Both the position numbers and the translations under genes were made by a program. A stretch of DNA of 64,000 nt from Octopus vulgaris (lineage: Eukaryota), in NCBI GenBank assembly GCA_951406725.2, contig OX597825.1, positions 86,986,001-87,050,000 on the forward strand, in the 5' to 3' direction. Shown piece by piece: positions 24,972 to 37,076 of this stretch (positions are counted from its first letter, which is position 1; each line of letters starts with the position of its first letter). Under the pieces are notes generated by a model. The model saw only the letters and a list, made by a program, of their open reading frames with translations. It was not told the origin of the DNA and did no database searches.

Positions 24972-25883
24972 TAAAGATTAGCTCTCTGTTATCGGTTAAT
25001 AAAATGGCTCCACTGTGCCGTTGTCTGTGGAGGCGAATGCGGTTGTCAAGTAATATCTCTTACGTATGTGATTCAAAAGATGGTGAACGAAGCTGCGAGG
25101 CTTTCATTTATCTGACAACAAACAACATCAAAATTCATGCAGATAAGACTTTTATTCTCCATTATGTAAGTATAATTACATTCAACTAAATGAATGCAAT
25201 AAACTGGCTTTGAATTTAAAAGAAGGTAAAATAATTACGAACATATTGTATGTGTAATTTATAACTTGAAAAGTCAGGGAAATGCATTGAATAGCAATAG
25301 GTTAAGACAATGGCTGGCAACTTGAAGATTCACCGAAAACAAAAGTTTGATCATTCTAGTAGTATCGATATAATTCATTGAACATTTTCTATATGATAAC
25401 TCGTGATCAAAATACATTTTATATTGTATGTATATTGTTCTGAGATTGTTTTATATTTGTTGTATGTCTATGATCTACAACAATGTGTCTAGGTGGAAGT
25501 CATACAATGATAACACGGCATACGATGAATGCCAATAATAAGTTCGACCGAATAACAATATAATAATGATTGTGTGTATAGATTATTATTGGAGACTTCA
25601 TCCGTATAAGTAATAGAAAGTTGGAATCGGAGATGTTTCTCAGACAAAAGCTACAGAATCTAAGAACATTAACGCAAAGATTTAACTTGAAATCGAAAAA
25701 CTTTTGACAGATTTTTAGAATAAGAGAATTTATTCCCCACCACCACCACCACATTACTCCGCACTGATCATGATGATGATGATGATGATGATAATAAATA
25801 ATGATTTCTCACCGTCATTACCTATCGATTTTCCCCATACCATAATTTATAACAATAACGATTTCTCTGATTAGTACAGGTTG

Positions 25884-25948
<65 letters not shown>

Positions 25949-25977
25949 TAAAAATAATCATAATCATAATAACAATA

Positions 25978-26009
<32 letters not shown>

Positions 26010-26021
26010 GATAATAATAAT

Positions 26022-26102
26022 AATCACAGCACATACCCAAGGCACACAGAGCTGCGCTCGGTAGTGAAGTGAAAGCACGCTATAAAAATAAAAATAAAAC
26101 TA

Positions 26103-26105
<3 letters not shown>
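26022..26105 (+). mobile_element. Extreme 3' end (~84 bp) of the same Dong-like element inside a (TAA)n array
   Basis: Reverse complement of 4889-4966 (CACAGCACATACC...GGCACACAGAGCTGCGCTCGGTAGTGAAGTGAAAGCACGCTATAAAAA...ACTACTG), followed by (AAT)n. Confidence 0.92.
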
Positions 26106-26181
<76 letters not shown>

Positions 26182-26439
26182 TATCACAATTACAGTACTG
26201 ATATTCTGTTTTTGCAAAATAACAATATTGATTACTCGAATTGGAACAGAGAGACCGAGGGGAAGAGTCTCTTCTTTGATTATTCCCACCCAGGGAATTT
26301 GAACGTAGACAAGCATCACTGAAAGGTTGAACGGCAAAAACGAAAGTCTCCTAATTCAAAGCTTTAAGACATTTCGTATGCAACTCCACCATATCTGGGA
26401 CGCCAATATCTTAATTATTCCAAACGTCTTTCATTGAAG

Positions 26440-26780
26440 CACAAAAGCAGCAGTTTTGAGGTCGTCAAGAGGTTAATCGGTACCGTTGACCACAGTACTT
26501 CACTGGTACTTTATTTTATCAAGCCCCACTAAAAGATGAAAGGAACGTTGATCACGTCAGGATTTGAACTCAGAACGTACTGGATTTCAATTCTGGCAGA
26601 AGGCCAGCAATTTCAGGGATGAAATGGGAACTAAGTCGATTACATCGACCCCAGTGCTTAGCTGGTACTTTGCTTATCCACTCCGAAAGGAGGAAAGGCA
26701 AAACAAACCCCATCAGCATTTGAAATAAGAAGGTAAAGTCGGACGAGATGCCTCCAAGCTTTTTGTCCGGTGTGGATAAC
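26440..26780 (-). mobile_element. Two tandem decayed SINE family A copies
   Basis: CTGGTACTT...GATGAAAGG...ATTTGAACTCAGAACG occurs twice. Confidence 0.6.
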
Positions 26781-26881
26781 CATTTTGTTTGTTATTATCT
26801 CCTGCAGTAAGGGATATGGATTATTACATGTATATGTGCTTCATATAACACATACAGAAATACATACGTACGTACACAAAC

Positions 26882-26975
26882 AAAAATACCCTGTTGTTGA
26901 TGTTGAAATTCCAATGAAGGAGTCTTGGATCTAGGTTAGAAACCGGCTCTTTCTCTCTTGGCCCGAAATATTAAA
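26882..26975 (+). repeat. ~95-bp dispersed repeat adjoining (TACA)n; inverted copy at 63135-63229
   Basis: AAAAATACCCTGTTGTT...GAAATTCCAATGAAGGAG(T/C)CTTGGATCTAGGTTAGAAACCGG(C/T)TCT is present in both. Confidence 0.85.
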
Positions 26976-27192
26976 ATATTGTCCTCGTAAATTAGTCGTT
27001 CAGCAATAGAAACAATTAAATGAAGTACCTATGAAAACCTATCATTGCAGTGCTCCAGCATGGCCGCTGTTCAGTGACAAGTAGAAGATAAAAGATATAT
27101 ACAGAATATATGTAAATATTATGGGTGATATAATCTATATAAAAAACATATAACACATGTACTTACACACACATACACACACGCACAATAAT

Positions 27193-27227
<35 letters not shown>

Positions 27228-27256
27228 CGAGAATGAAGCAACAAGAATGGATAGGT

Positions 27257-27347
27257 TTTTAGTACAATCGTTTCATACAAGGACAGGTTTTATTAAAAGT
27301 TGCAAAAATTACAGCATATAAACGTGTCCCGTACTCATCAGCTAAAA
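27257..27347 (-). ncRNA. Type I hammerhead ribozyme with 60-nt stem II domain, canonical core
   Basis: TTTTAG-CTGATGA-GTACGGGACA...TGTCCTTGTAT-GAAA-CGATT-GTA-CTAAAA. Stem I is 6/6, the stem II base is ~10 bp, stem III is near-palindromic ACGATTGT, and the triplet is GUA. Confidence 0.8.
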
Positions 27348-27531
27348 TACATGTGAGTTCTCTAGACATCCTAGTGGTTGAGGCTATACTCATGAAGTAA
27401 TGTAGATAATTAAGTAACATATTAGGTACCATATTCAAGTAAATTCATTTAAATTAACTTGAATCTTTATTGCTTTTTGTATATATATATATATATATAT
27501 CAAAATAAGCAACAGAGATATCCAGAGGTAA

Positions 27532-27618
27532 TGCAGTACGATCGTTTCATACAAATCCATTTAATTGAACAATGCAATCATTACATCAATTTAAAATGCA
27601 GAGCAATCCTCAGCTGCA
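27532..27618 (-). ncRNA. Type I hammerhead ribozyme with 58-nt stem II domain
   Basis: TGCAG-CTGAGGA-[TTGC...TTTAAATTGA TGTAAT g ATTGCA..TCAATTAAA...GTAT]-GAAA-CGATC-GTA-CTGCA. Stem I is 5/5, stem III is the perfect palindrome ACGATCGT, and the first stem II pair is U-U. Confidence 0.75.
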
Positions 27619-28631
27619 CAGAGACATAGAATTTAATTAGATTAGAACAGATGGACACATTAGTATAATTACACCTAAAATCTCCAAGAAGTTAAGGAGA
27701 CAGAAAAGAACATGCTGTCTCAACTCCAGCATAGAAGTTATCACGAAGATATACATTGTTACAGACTCTGCCTGATTTTTTTTTGTTTTTATGAGTGCAG
27801 TTTTAATTTATAGACTAGTTTATCAAATCCTTGTATATCTAAGGTTGAGAGATGGAGGGAAGTATCTGTTAGGGGTAGGGCTGAGGGAGCAGACAGACAT
27901 CATTGTTGGTATAGTCAAGATTTATTAGAAGCAATATCATCAGGTTTGATAAAGGAATACTAAAAACAAGATGTTAGCTGACAATTAAGGGGGTCGCCCA
28001 CTAGCAGACCACTGATAATGAAGCAGGGGAAGTCTTATGATGTGGTACTATAGTAAAATATTTTATACAATGTTGCTATATTGTATACAGTTAAAGTTTA
28101 GGGTTATTTAGAGGATTATTAAGAAGAATATTCTAACAAAAGGATAGAAATTTATGAATACTTATGAGTATATACCAAGCTTCTATCACAATAGAGAGAC
28201 GAAAAGAAATTATCCAGAAATAGTTTAATATTTATACATATTGTACACTTAAATACTAACTCATCAGATGGTATCTGTGAATATTGATTAATTGGTATAA
28301 ACTGGTATTTATAAAGGAGTATTGAGGTACAGGAACATGCAAATTATATATTAATGAAATTATAATCTAAGCAGTTCCTTATAAGTAGTGAATATACAAG
28401 TATAGTTTTATATAAGCTAAGTATGAATTTATAGAGATACAAAAATTAGATTAATTTTATAAATAAATATATATATATATACATACATATATATATATGT
28501 ATATATGTATATAATATATATATATGTATATATGTATATAATATATATATATATATGTATATATGTATGTTTTTAATAGGTCAATATATTTATTAATTTG
28601 CACAAGAAAAAGACAGTGAATTCGAAGTTAT

Positions 28632-28698
28632 TAGCATCATAAGAGAGCCTGGTATTGTTTAGTACAGTTAGTAAGCTGAAACTCCGAGAGTTATGTTG
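28632..28698 (+). ncRNA. Decayed hammerhead-like motif
   Basis: TAGCAT-CATAAGA (mutated core)-GAGC...AGCT-GAAA-CTCCGAGA-GTT-ATGTTG. Confidence 0.35.
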
Positions 28699-28725
28699 TT
28701 CCACTCTATCCTAAAATTTAATATA

Positions 28726-28795
<70 letters not shown>

Positions 28796-28797
28796 TA

Positions 28798-29021
28798 TTC
28801 TTTTATTTGCTTCAATCATTTGACTGTGACCTTACTGGGACATCACCTTTTTAGTCGAACAAATCGACTTGTAAGCCTAGTACTTATTTGTAAGCCTATT
28901 ACTTATTTCCCCGACTCTTTTTGCCGAACCGCTAAGTTACGGGGACGTACACACACCAACATTGGTTGTCAGGCGGTAGTGGCGTGACAAACACAGACAC
29001 ACAAATACATACATGCATACG

Positions 29022-29056
<35 letters not shown>

Positions 29057-29200
29057 GAAAGGCTTCTTTCAGTTTCCGTTCACCAAATCCACACACAAGG
29101 CTTTAGTCGGCCTGAGGTTATAGTAGAAGACGCCTGCCCAAAGTGCCGCACAGTGGGACTGAACCTGGAACCATATGGTTAGGAAACAAGCTTCTTGCCT
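28798..29200 (-). mobile_element. SINE family B, near full length
   Basis: Reverse complement of the 17552-17977 family, with an internal CA/TA tract. Confidence 0.85.
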
Positions 29201-29202
29201 CC

Positions 29203-29277
<75 letters not shown>

Positions 29278-29342
29278 CCTCTATCTATCTGTCTGTCTGA
29301 CTGTCTGTTCGTCTCTCCCTGTCTATATCCCTCTCTCTCTCC

Positions 29343-29374
<32 letters not shown>

Positions 29375-29736
29375 TTAGACACACATACTTGCACATATAT
29401 ATGTAGTTATGTATTTATGCATGTTGGAATGCATATATATATACACGCACAGAGACACACACAAATATATATACACATTCACAATTTTTTTATAAATACA
29501 TTCACATACACATATGTAGATGTATATATGCGTGAGTGTATATACACAAACACACACAGATACGCATACATCCACGTATATATAATTACACATGTATATA
29601 TATATACATACATGTATATATATACATATATATAAATATATATATAATTATATATATATACATATATATATAAATATATATAAATATAAAAATATACATA
29701 TATAATATAAATATATATAATATAATATATATATAT

Positions 29737-29858
<122 letters not shown>

Positions 29859-30487
29859 ATACATATGTCTGCGTATGTGTTCATGCGATGGAATTAATTT
29901 GTTTATATATTTATGATACCTCCATTTTATTTACGAGACGAAGTAGATTCATAAAGGGGAACAACAATAAATTTTCTTTTTGCAACAAACATGGACAGGA
30001 AGATAAAAAAATAATAAGCTAGAATAAAATAATAATATCAATAAAACAATCCTAAATAACAGGAATAAAAATGATGTAAAGAAATTTATGTAAAAATAAA
30101 AAAAAGTTACACGAAGTAAAATGTCTGATTTATGGAAAATGAAAGAACAATTGACGAGTTCTGTGTGCGTCGGAATATTTGACCAAAAGAGGAAAGAGAA
30201 ATATAAAACGAGATAGGAAATGGTGGCCAAGAGAGATAAGGTAAATTGTAGACGGCAGAAGAGAATCTGTTTTCGGGGGGGGAGGAGGAGGAAAGAATAT
30301 AATTTGAAATGACTTCTCGTTGAAATATTGAATAAAAGGGCTTTGATGGAAGGAGTAAAGAGAAAAGATAATAATAATAATTATATGGAAATTTGTATTT
30401 TTTTAATAAATTTATTATAGTTACTTTTTTCATAAACAAGGAAGCTTTTTAAATGGTCTCACGTATATGAATGCGAGAGTATATGCA

Positions 30488-30543
<56 letters not shown>

Positions 30544-30738
30544 TACATACATACATATATATAAATATATATATGGTTATATATAAATAGATACAATAAT
30601 ATATATTTATTATATATATATTATATATATGTATATATATGTATATATATATATATATATATGCATGTATGTATATATCTACATATCTATACACAAACGC
30701 GCACACATATTAATTTATATATATGTGAGTGTATGTAT

Positions 30739-30770
<32 letters not shown>

Positions 30771-31297
30771 CACATGCAGATATATATATATATATATATA
30801 TATTTACACATATATATGTACATATGTATGTATATATGCATATATGAGTGTGTGTGTGTGTGTGTGTGTGTTATGTGTGTGCGGGTGCGTGTGAATGTGT
30901 GTATGTGTGTGTGTATTTAAGATTACCTGACAGTGCGCAGTTATCATAAATACCAACTGCTCGGACTAAAAGCGGGCATGCATACATACATGTATAAAAA
31001 CTTGTATAAATACATACATACATACACACATACATATATACGTATGTGCATACACATACATATATACAAAAACATCGCCGTTCATGCACTGACACACATT
31101 GGACTATCTTTAAGAAAATATATGTAAGAGGTTATTGTTGCGAATCGTTTCCCTGCAAATAACCTTCAGACACGTCATGTATACATGAAAGAAAGTTAAA
31201 AAGGCGAGTAACACGAAAGAAAACATCAACATACAAACTTATACACAGACATACAAATATATTCACACACACTTTCAAATATACACATATATGTGCG

Positions 31298-31349
<52 letters not shown>

Positions 31350-31351
31350 GG

Positions 31352-31402
<51 letters not shown>

Positions 31403-31590
31403 GCATGTATGTATGCATATAGATGTATGTATGTAGAAGAGAATTGCAGCTCCGATCGCAAGATCTGCCGGCTGCAAAACAGATATTGACAAATGCACTT
31501 CGACGTGTGTGGTGCCAAATTCTTTTTAAACTAGCAATTCAAAATCCTACTTAACAGCGTGCACTTATCTCATTTCCTGCCCGAATGCGC

Positions 31591-31625
<35 letters not shown>

Positions 31626-31659
31626 TGTATATATATATAATATATATAATAATATATAC

Positions 31660-31742
<83 letters not shown>

Positions 31743-32071
31743 GTACATACAGACATACATGCATGCATACATACATATATACATATGTACAATGTACGCA
31801 TGTGTATTTGTGTGTATGTGTCTGAAGTATTTTCACGAAGTTCGGCAACGTTTTTCACCAGTTTCTTTCACTTAGTTCTTTCATTTATAAATTATCAGCA
31901 TAACAAGGATTTAGCTGTGGATATGACGCAAAATGCCTTCTTCACGGCTAAAAACATGTTTCTTATTATTGTCCGACAGGTATTCATAGAAGCTATTGTA
32001 GGATTTCGGTCCAGGTCCTCAATTCGTTGACATGTTGTTTTGTCTGTTCCCCCAGTCTTTAAGCAAAACAC

Positions 32072-32260
<189 letters not shown>

Positions 32261-32359
32261 AAACCAAAACAAAGCGAAAAAGTGTTTTGATGTGCTTCCT
32301 TGCTTTGTTTTCGCTTTCGAATGATTGCCACCCAACTGAGCAGGTGGGGCAGGTCTATA

Positions 32360-32530
32360 TTCTCCCCTGATCGGAAGCTTATTATTCCATCCTAGGGTGA
32401 CCCATTTACAGCCGAGGGGACTGCAGCAACGTGAAATGAAGTGTTTCACAGAAGAACACATCGCATCGCCTGGCTGGGGCTTGAAACCGTGATTTCGCGA
32501 TCGTGGATGTCTCACCCTAACCAATATACC
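32360..32530 (-). mobile_element. SINE family C, decayed
   Basis: CAGCCGAGGGGACTGCAGCAACGTGAAATGAAGTGTTT...GAACACATCGCATCGCC. Confidence 0.6.
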
Positions 32531-32913
32531 ACTGTCATTCACCTGCGTTTAGATTTGAGCCTTAGGAATGAAATTTTGCTGACTAACAGGAAGGAAATCT
32601 TTGGATTGAACGATAAAACGATAGAACGGGTTGGTCGTCCAGCTTAATTCTTTCAAATGGTCGTTAGACGGCGTTACTATAGCCCAGTCTGTTGCAAGTG
32701 TTACTTTCATCTGAAGTAACTCTGTCAGACATAACTCATGACTGCATCCCTTACCCCACTTCCTCTCCTCTCCATCTTGGAAAAAATGGCAAATTTATTT
32801 CATTTCCATTAAGTCTTCAATTGTAACACACACACGCACACACAAACACACATACACACACAAACACACACACACACACAAACAAAAACACACACACACA
32901 AACACACACACAC

Positions 32914-32960
<47 letters not shown>

Positions 32961-33072
32961 CTGTATATATATATATGACATATATAATATATATATGATA
33001 TAATATATATATACATACATCTATCTGTCTATCAATATCTATATCTATATATATATGCATATATGTATATAT

Positions 33073-33107
<35 letters not shown>

Positions 33108-33460
33108 CATATATATATTCGTGTATTATTTGTATGTCTATAGATGCATATTTTCACTGTCAAACACATTCAAATGCCTTTTTTAATAAAGCAAGCAACG
33201 CTTATTTATGGATGTTTATATGATGTGAAGCAGATCTGATATAGTGGAGTAATGAAATGGTTGGTCACGACTGGAATATCTGTGGCCATTGGTTTTCTGA
33301 GTCAAGGCTTGTGGTTCCAACTGCATTAACATAAATATAATTATGTTTGTGTGTGCTTAAACGTTCCGATATAGACAGCACATGTAAAGGAGAGGGAACA
33401 TCTAAAACACTTGATGGAAATTAAATAAAATTGGCATTTTTCATTATTTATAGAAGAGAT

Positions 33461-33600
33461 TCCGAGTTCAAATTCCGCCGAGGTCGACTTTGCTTATATC
33501 CTTTCGGGGTCGATAGATTAAGTAACAGTGAAACACTAGGGTCGATGTAATCGACTAGTCCCCTCCCCCAAAATTTCAAGGCCTTGTACCTTCAGTACAA
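33461..33600 (+). mobile_element. SINE family A, 5'-truncated
   Basis: GAGTTCAAATTCCGCCGAGGTCGACTTTGC...CCTTTCGGGGTCGATAG. Confidence 0.8.
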
Positions 33601-34211
33601 AAAACTATTTACGGAAGAAATGGCTACACCGTCGGCGGTTGGAGGAGCTCCGAGATGGAGTGGAAGAGAGGTGAGGGAGGGATGCAATAGACCGATATAC
33701 ACCAGTTGGAGGGTGACCAAGTAGTTCTGCCGTACGATTCTTCCTCACCAAGATTTTACTCCTAATGGTGGAAGTTAGAGGACCCCCCCCACTCAAAGTA
33801 TAAAATAGCATCGAATCCGGACACAACTGACAGAAATCGGAACTTCATAGCGGTCGACGCATCAAAATCGCAACGGAACTGTCAGGAATATTTACATATC
33901 ATACTTTTTATATTTTAATCACAGCATATTTGTTTGAAAAATGAGTTGAGCGTGTTAAATGAATGTTGGTGTTTGTTAGGTGTAATAAGACATTTTATAC
34001 ATGCAAGAATGGAAATCAAATCAACAGACATATACGATGCTCATACTCGAACATTTGAGACTTTTTCATAGAAGTCGAGATGTGCTGCCATAACGACAAA
34101 AATATGACAATTACCTGGTGTACCTGTGGTTCGACTATGTATATCGAGGAATATATATATAGGAAGCTGTGTAACTACATCTTCAGGCAGACGAAGGCAC
34201 CTCCCCACACA

Positions 34212-34750
34212 AAGTAATCTCTCTCCATATCGCGGTTCACTTATCGCGGTTTATTATTTAAGCTTGCGTCGTTTGCTCCATGGTGTTGTTTTGCATTTAT
34301 GATAAAATGAATTACGGAGATGTACTTGCATTGCAAGTGACCAGATCTGAGATCGTGTGCTGGAACGAAAGCAATTGTAGTGTGGAAGGCGTTTACAAGC
34401 CATTTAAAAACGGTTTTTGTGTGTGTTTTAAATAAAATAAATATATACAAGCAAAAATGCTATTTCTAAAAATCTCTCTAATAAATCAACACAGTATTTG
34501 CACCAACAAGTAATATTCGTCGCCACTTTAACATGGCTGTCCATTCGAGCGGACTCTATTGCGATTTTGTAGCCCCAAGAGTACATCTCCTCTACTGGTT
34601 AAAGAGGCATAGTCGCATCCCATAAAATTGCAATCAAATTATAAAAATAAAAAAAAAATATACAGTACAATACTGTTTCTACTTCGCGGATTTTCACCTG
34701 TCGCGTGGGGTTTTGGAACGTAACGCCCGCGATCGTCGAAGAATTACTGT
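34212..34750. mobile_element. Tigger/pogo-like non-autonomous DNA transposon (MITE)
   Basis: Degenerate TIRs AAGTAATCTCTCTCCATATCGCGG and CCGCGATCGTCGAAGAATTACTG. Subterminal TTCGCGGATTTTCACCTGTCGCG is typical of Tigger ends. Confidence 0.65.
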
Positions 34751-35177
34751 CTAAAGTTAAAAAGAAGGGCCATGGCAGTCCATTTTGTGCTGCACTGGTT
34801 TTCGTAACACCATTTACTGACTACACGTGAAATTACGTGTATTTGAAATGCGTCAAACATTTTCAGGACTCCGAAATGCACAACTTACAAATCGATTGAG
34901 TTTGATACTTTGCTATATCATCTATAGCTATTTGTGCAGGGAAAGAAAGTGAGAAGAGAAAGAATAAGAGAGCGAGAGAGAGAGAGGGAGAGGGAGTGAG
35001 AAGGAGAGATAGCGGGAGGGACAGAAAGAAAGAGAGAGAGAGAAAGAGGGAGAGGGAGAAAAGAAAAAGAACTTTTTCCTTCGTGTTCGTGGCTGTGATC
35101 CTTACTTATTGGCCTCATCTAGATGAAAGGCAAACATGACCTTGCCGAGATTTGAATTGGGAAGATGCAAGAAATAC

Positions 35178-35370
35178 CTATTTCTTTACTACCCACAAGG
35201 GGCTAAACACAGAGGGGACAAACAAGGACAGACAAGCGGATTAAGTCGATTAGATCAACCCCAGTGCGTAACTCGTACTTAATTTATCGACCCCGAAAGG
35301 CTGAAAGGCAAAGTCGACCTCGGCGGAATTTGAACTTAGAACGTAGCGGCAGAGGAAATACCACTAAGCC
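35178..35370 (-). mobile_element. SINE family A, missing the 5' head
   Basis: Reverse complement of 23545-23735. Confidence 0.85.
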
Positions 35371-35596
35371 ACTTGACTATTTTAAAACAACAAGCAACAA
35401 ATATGATGCAGTTTGTTTTGATTCTCTCTCTTTGCCTCTCCCTCTCCCTCTGTCTGTCTGTCTGTTTCTCTGTCTCACACACACACTCAAGTCTCACAAA
35501 ATTTTAATCAATTATTTTTGTTGTCACTATATTAATAAAATAACAGCGAACCATATTTCTTCAACTCTTAGAAATTATTTCATCTACTTTTATAGC

Positions 35597-35668
<72 letters not shown>

Positions 35669-35877
35669 TATCATCCTCTATTTTATTTCGCAAGGTTGTA
35701 ACCTCGCTTCGAATCTCAACGACTTTTACTTTTCTTTTATACATTTTTATTAAACTGTTTTCATTTTATATTCTTTCCCTTCAGTTTTCTTGGGACAATC
35801 TTTCTACGTGTGTTTCATTATCCTTTTTTATTGCTCTTGCTTCCAATTATTATTTATAAATTTATGTCTGTACGTGC

Positions 35878-35910
<33 letters not shown>

Positions 35911-36204
35911 CATACATGCATGCAAAATTTCTCTATATGTATGTATGACGATGTGTTTTCCAGTCGTTTTTCAATGACCATGACAACACACAGACAGAGA
36001 CACGTTCACGTATATGTATATACATACATACATACATACATACATACATACATACATACATACATACATACATACATACATACATACATACACACATATA
36101 TATATTTATATATAACTAATGTAGGATAAAATTTTTTTTCTCGGAAAAAAACTTTTATCAATGGTCAGCATATCAAAAAATGTTATAAGTTATATATATA
36201 TACA

Positions 36205-36514
36205 TGTGAAAGCGCATGGTTGATGGTTAGAGCGTAGAGCTTACGATCGTGAGGCTGTGAATTCGATTCCTGGACCGGGCTGTGCGTTGTGTTCTTGAGC
36301 ATGACACTTTATTTCACATTGGTCCAGTCTACTCAGCTGTAGAAAAGAGTTGCGACATCACCATGCCAAGCTGTATCAGCCTTCGTCTTTCCTTTGTATA
36401 TCATCAGTGGCGTGGAGAGGGGAGGCCGGTATGCATGGGCGACTGCTGGTCTTCCACAAGCAACTTTGCCTGGACTTGTGCCTCGGAGGGGCAGTTTCTA
36501 GGTGCAATCCCATA
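36205..36514 (+). mobile_element. SINE family C (tRNA-derived head), tail variant 1
   Basis: TGTGAAAGCGCATGG...TGGTTAG...GAATTCGATTCC...GTTGTGTTCTTGAGCATGACACTTTATTTCAC. Confidence 0.8.
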
Positions 36515-36795
36515 AAATAACGACTTTATCAAGTGGCCAGCATGGAAACAATAACCTTCAAAGGTAATAATTATTAAAATTATAAATTAGGGAATCTGCG
36601 AGATACCACCATGCTGAAAATAGCAGCCATGATCTGACTCTAAAACCACCTTAATTTTCCATATAGCAACACGGAGAGAAAACAAAGAGACCAGATGAAA
36701 CTAGTAAAAATTACCGGATAATTCCAGATCCCGGATTTCTGACTTTGTATTTAAGAATGCTTTGCCTCGTCAGTAGAATACACACAGAAGAGAAA
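36514..36795 (-). mobile_element. Hammerhead-bearing non-autonomous module (copy 1; copy 2 at 56665-56912)
   Basis: Clear ~250-bp similarity between the two loci. Confidence 0.8.
36721..36779 (-). ncRNA. Type I hammerhead-like fold with AUC triplet
   Basis: ATTCTA-CTGACGA-GGC...GTCA-GAAA-TCCGGG-ATC-TGGAAT. Stem I is 6 bp with one G-U, and stem II (27 nt) is weakly paired. Confidence 0.6.
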
Positions 36796-37021
36796 CATAA
36801 ATACATATATATATAAATACAACATACGAATACTTACACATAGGAACGTATACATACATCTATATGCATGTATGCACCACGGCCAGTTCAAAATATCCGC
36901 CGTTTAATTCCACGTGAGATATGGTTAAAATATCACCGCAGTAAATGCAGTGACGAAATAAATTTAATTTTATAAATCGTTACTTTATTTTAAATTAAAG
37001 ATCTTATCCCTATTTATATAA

Positions 37022-37076
<55 letters not shown>

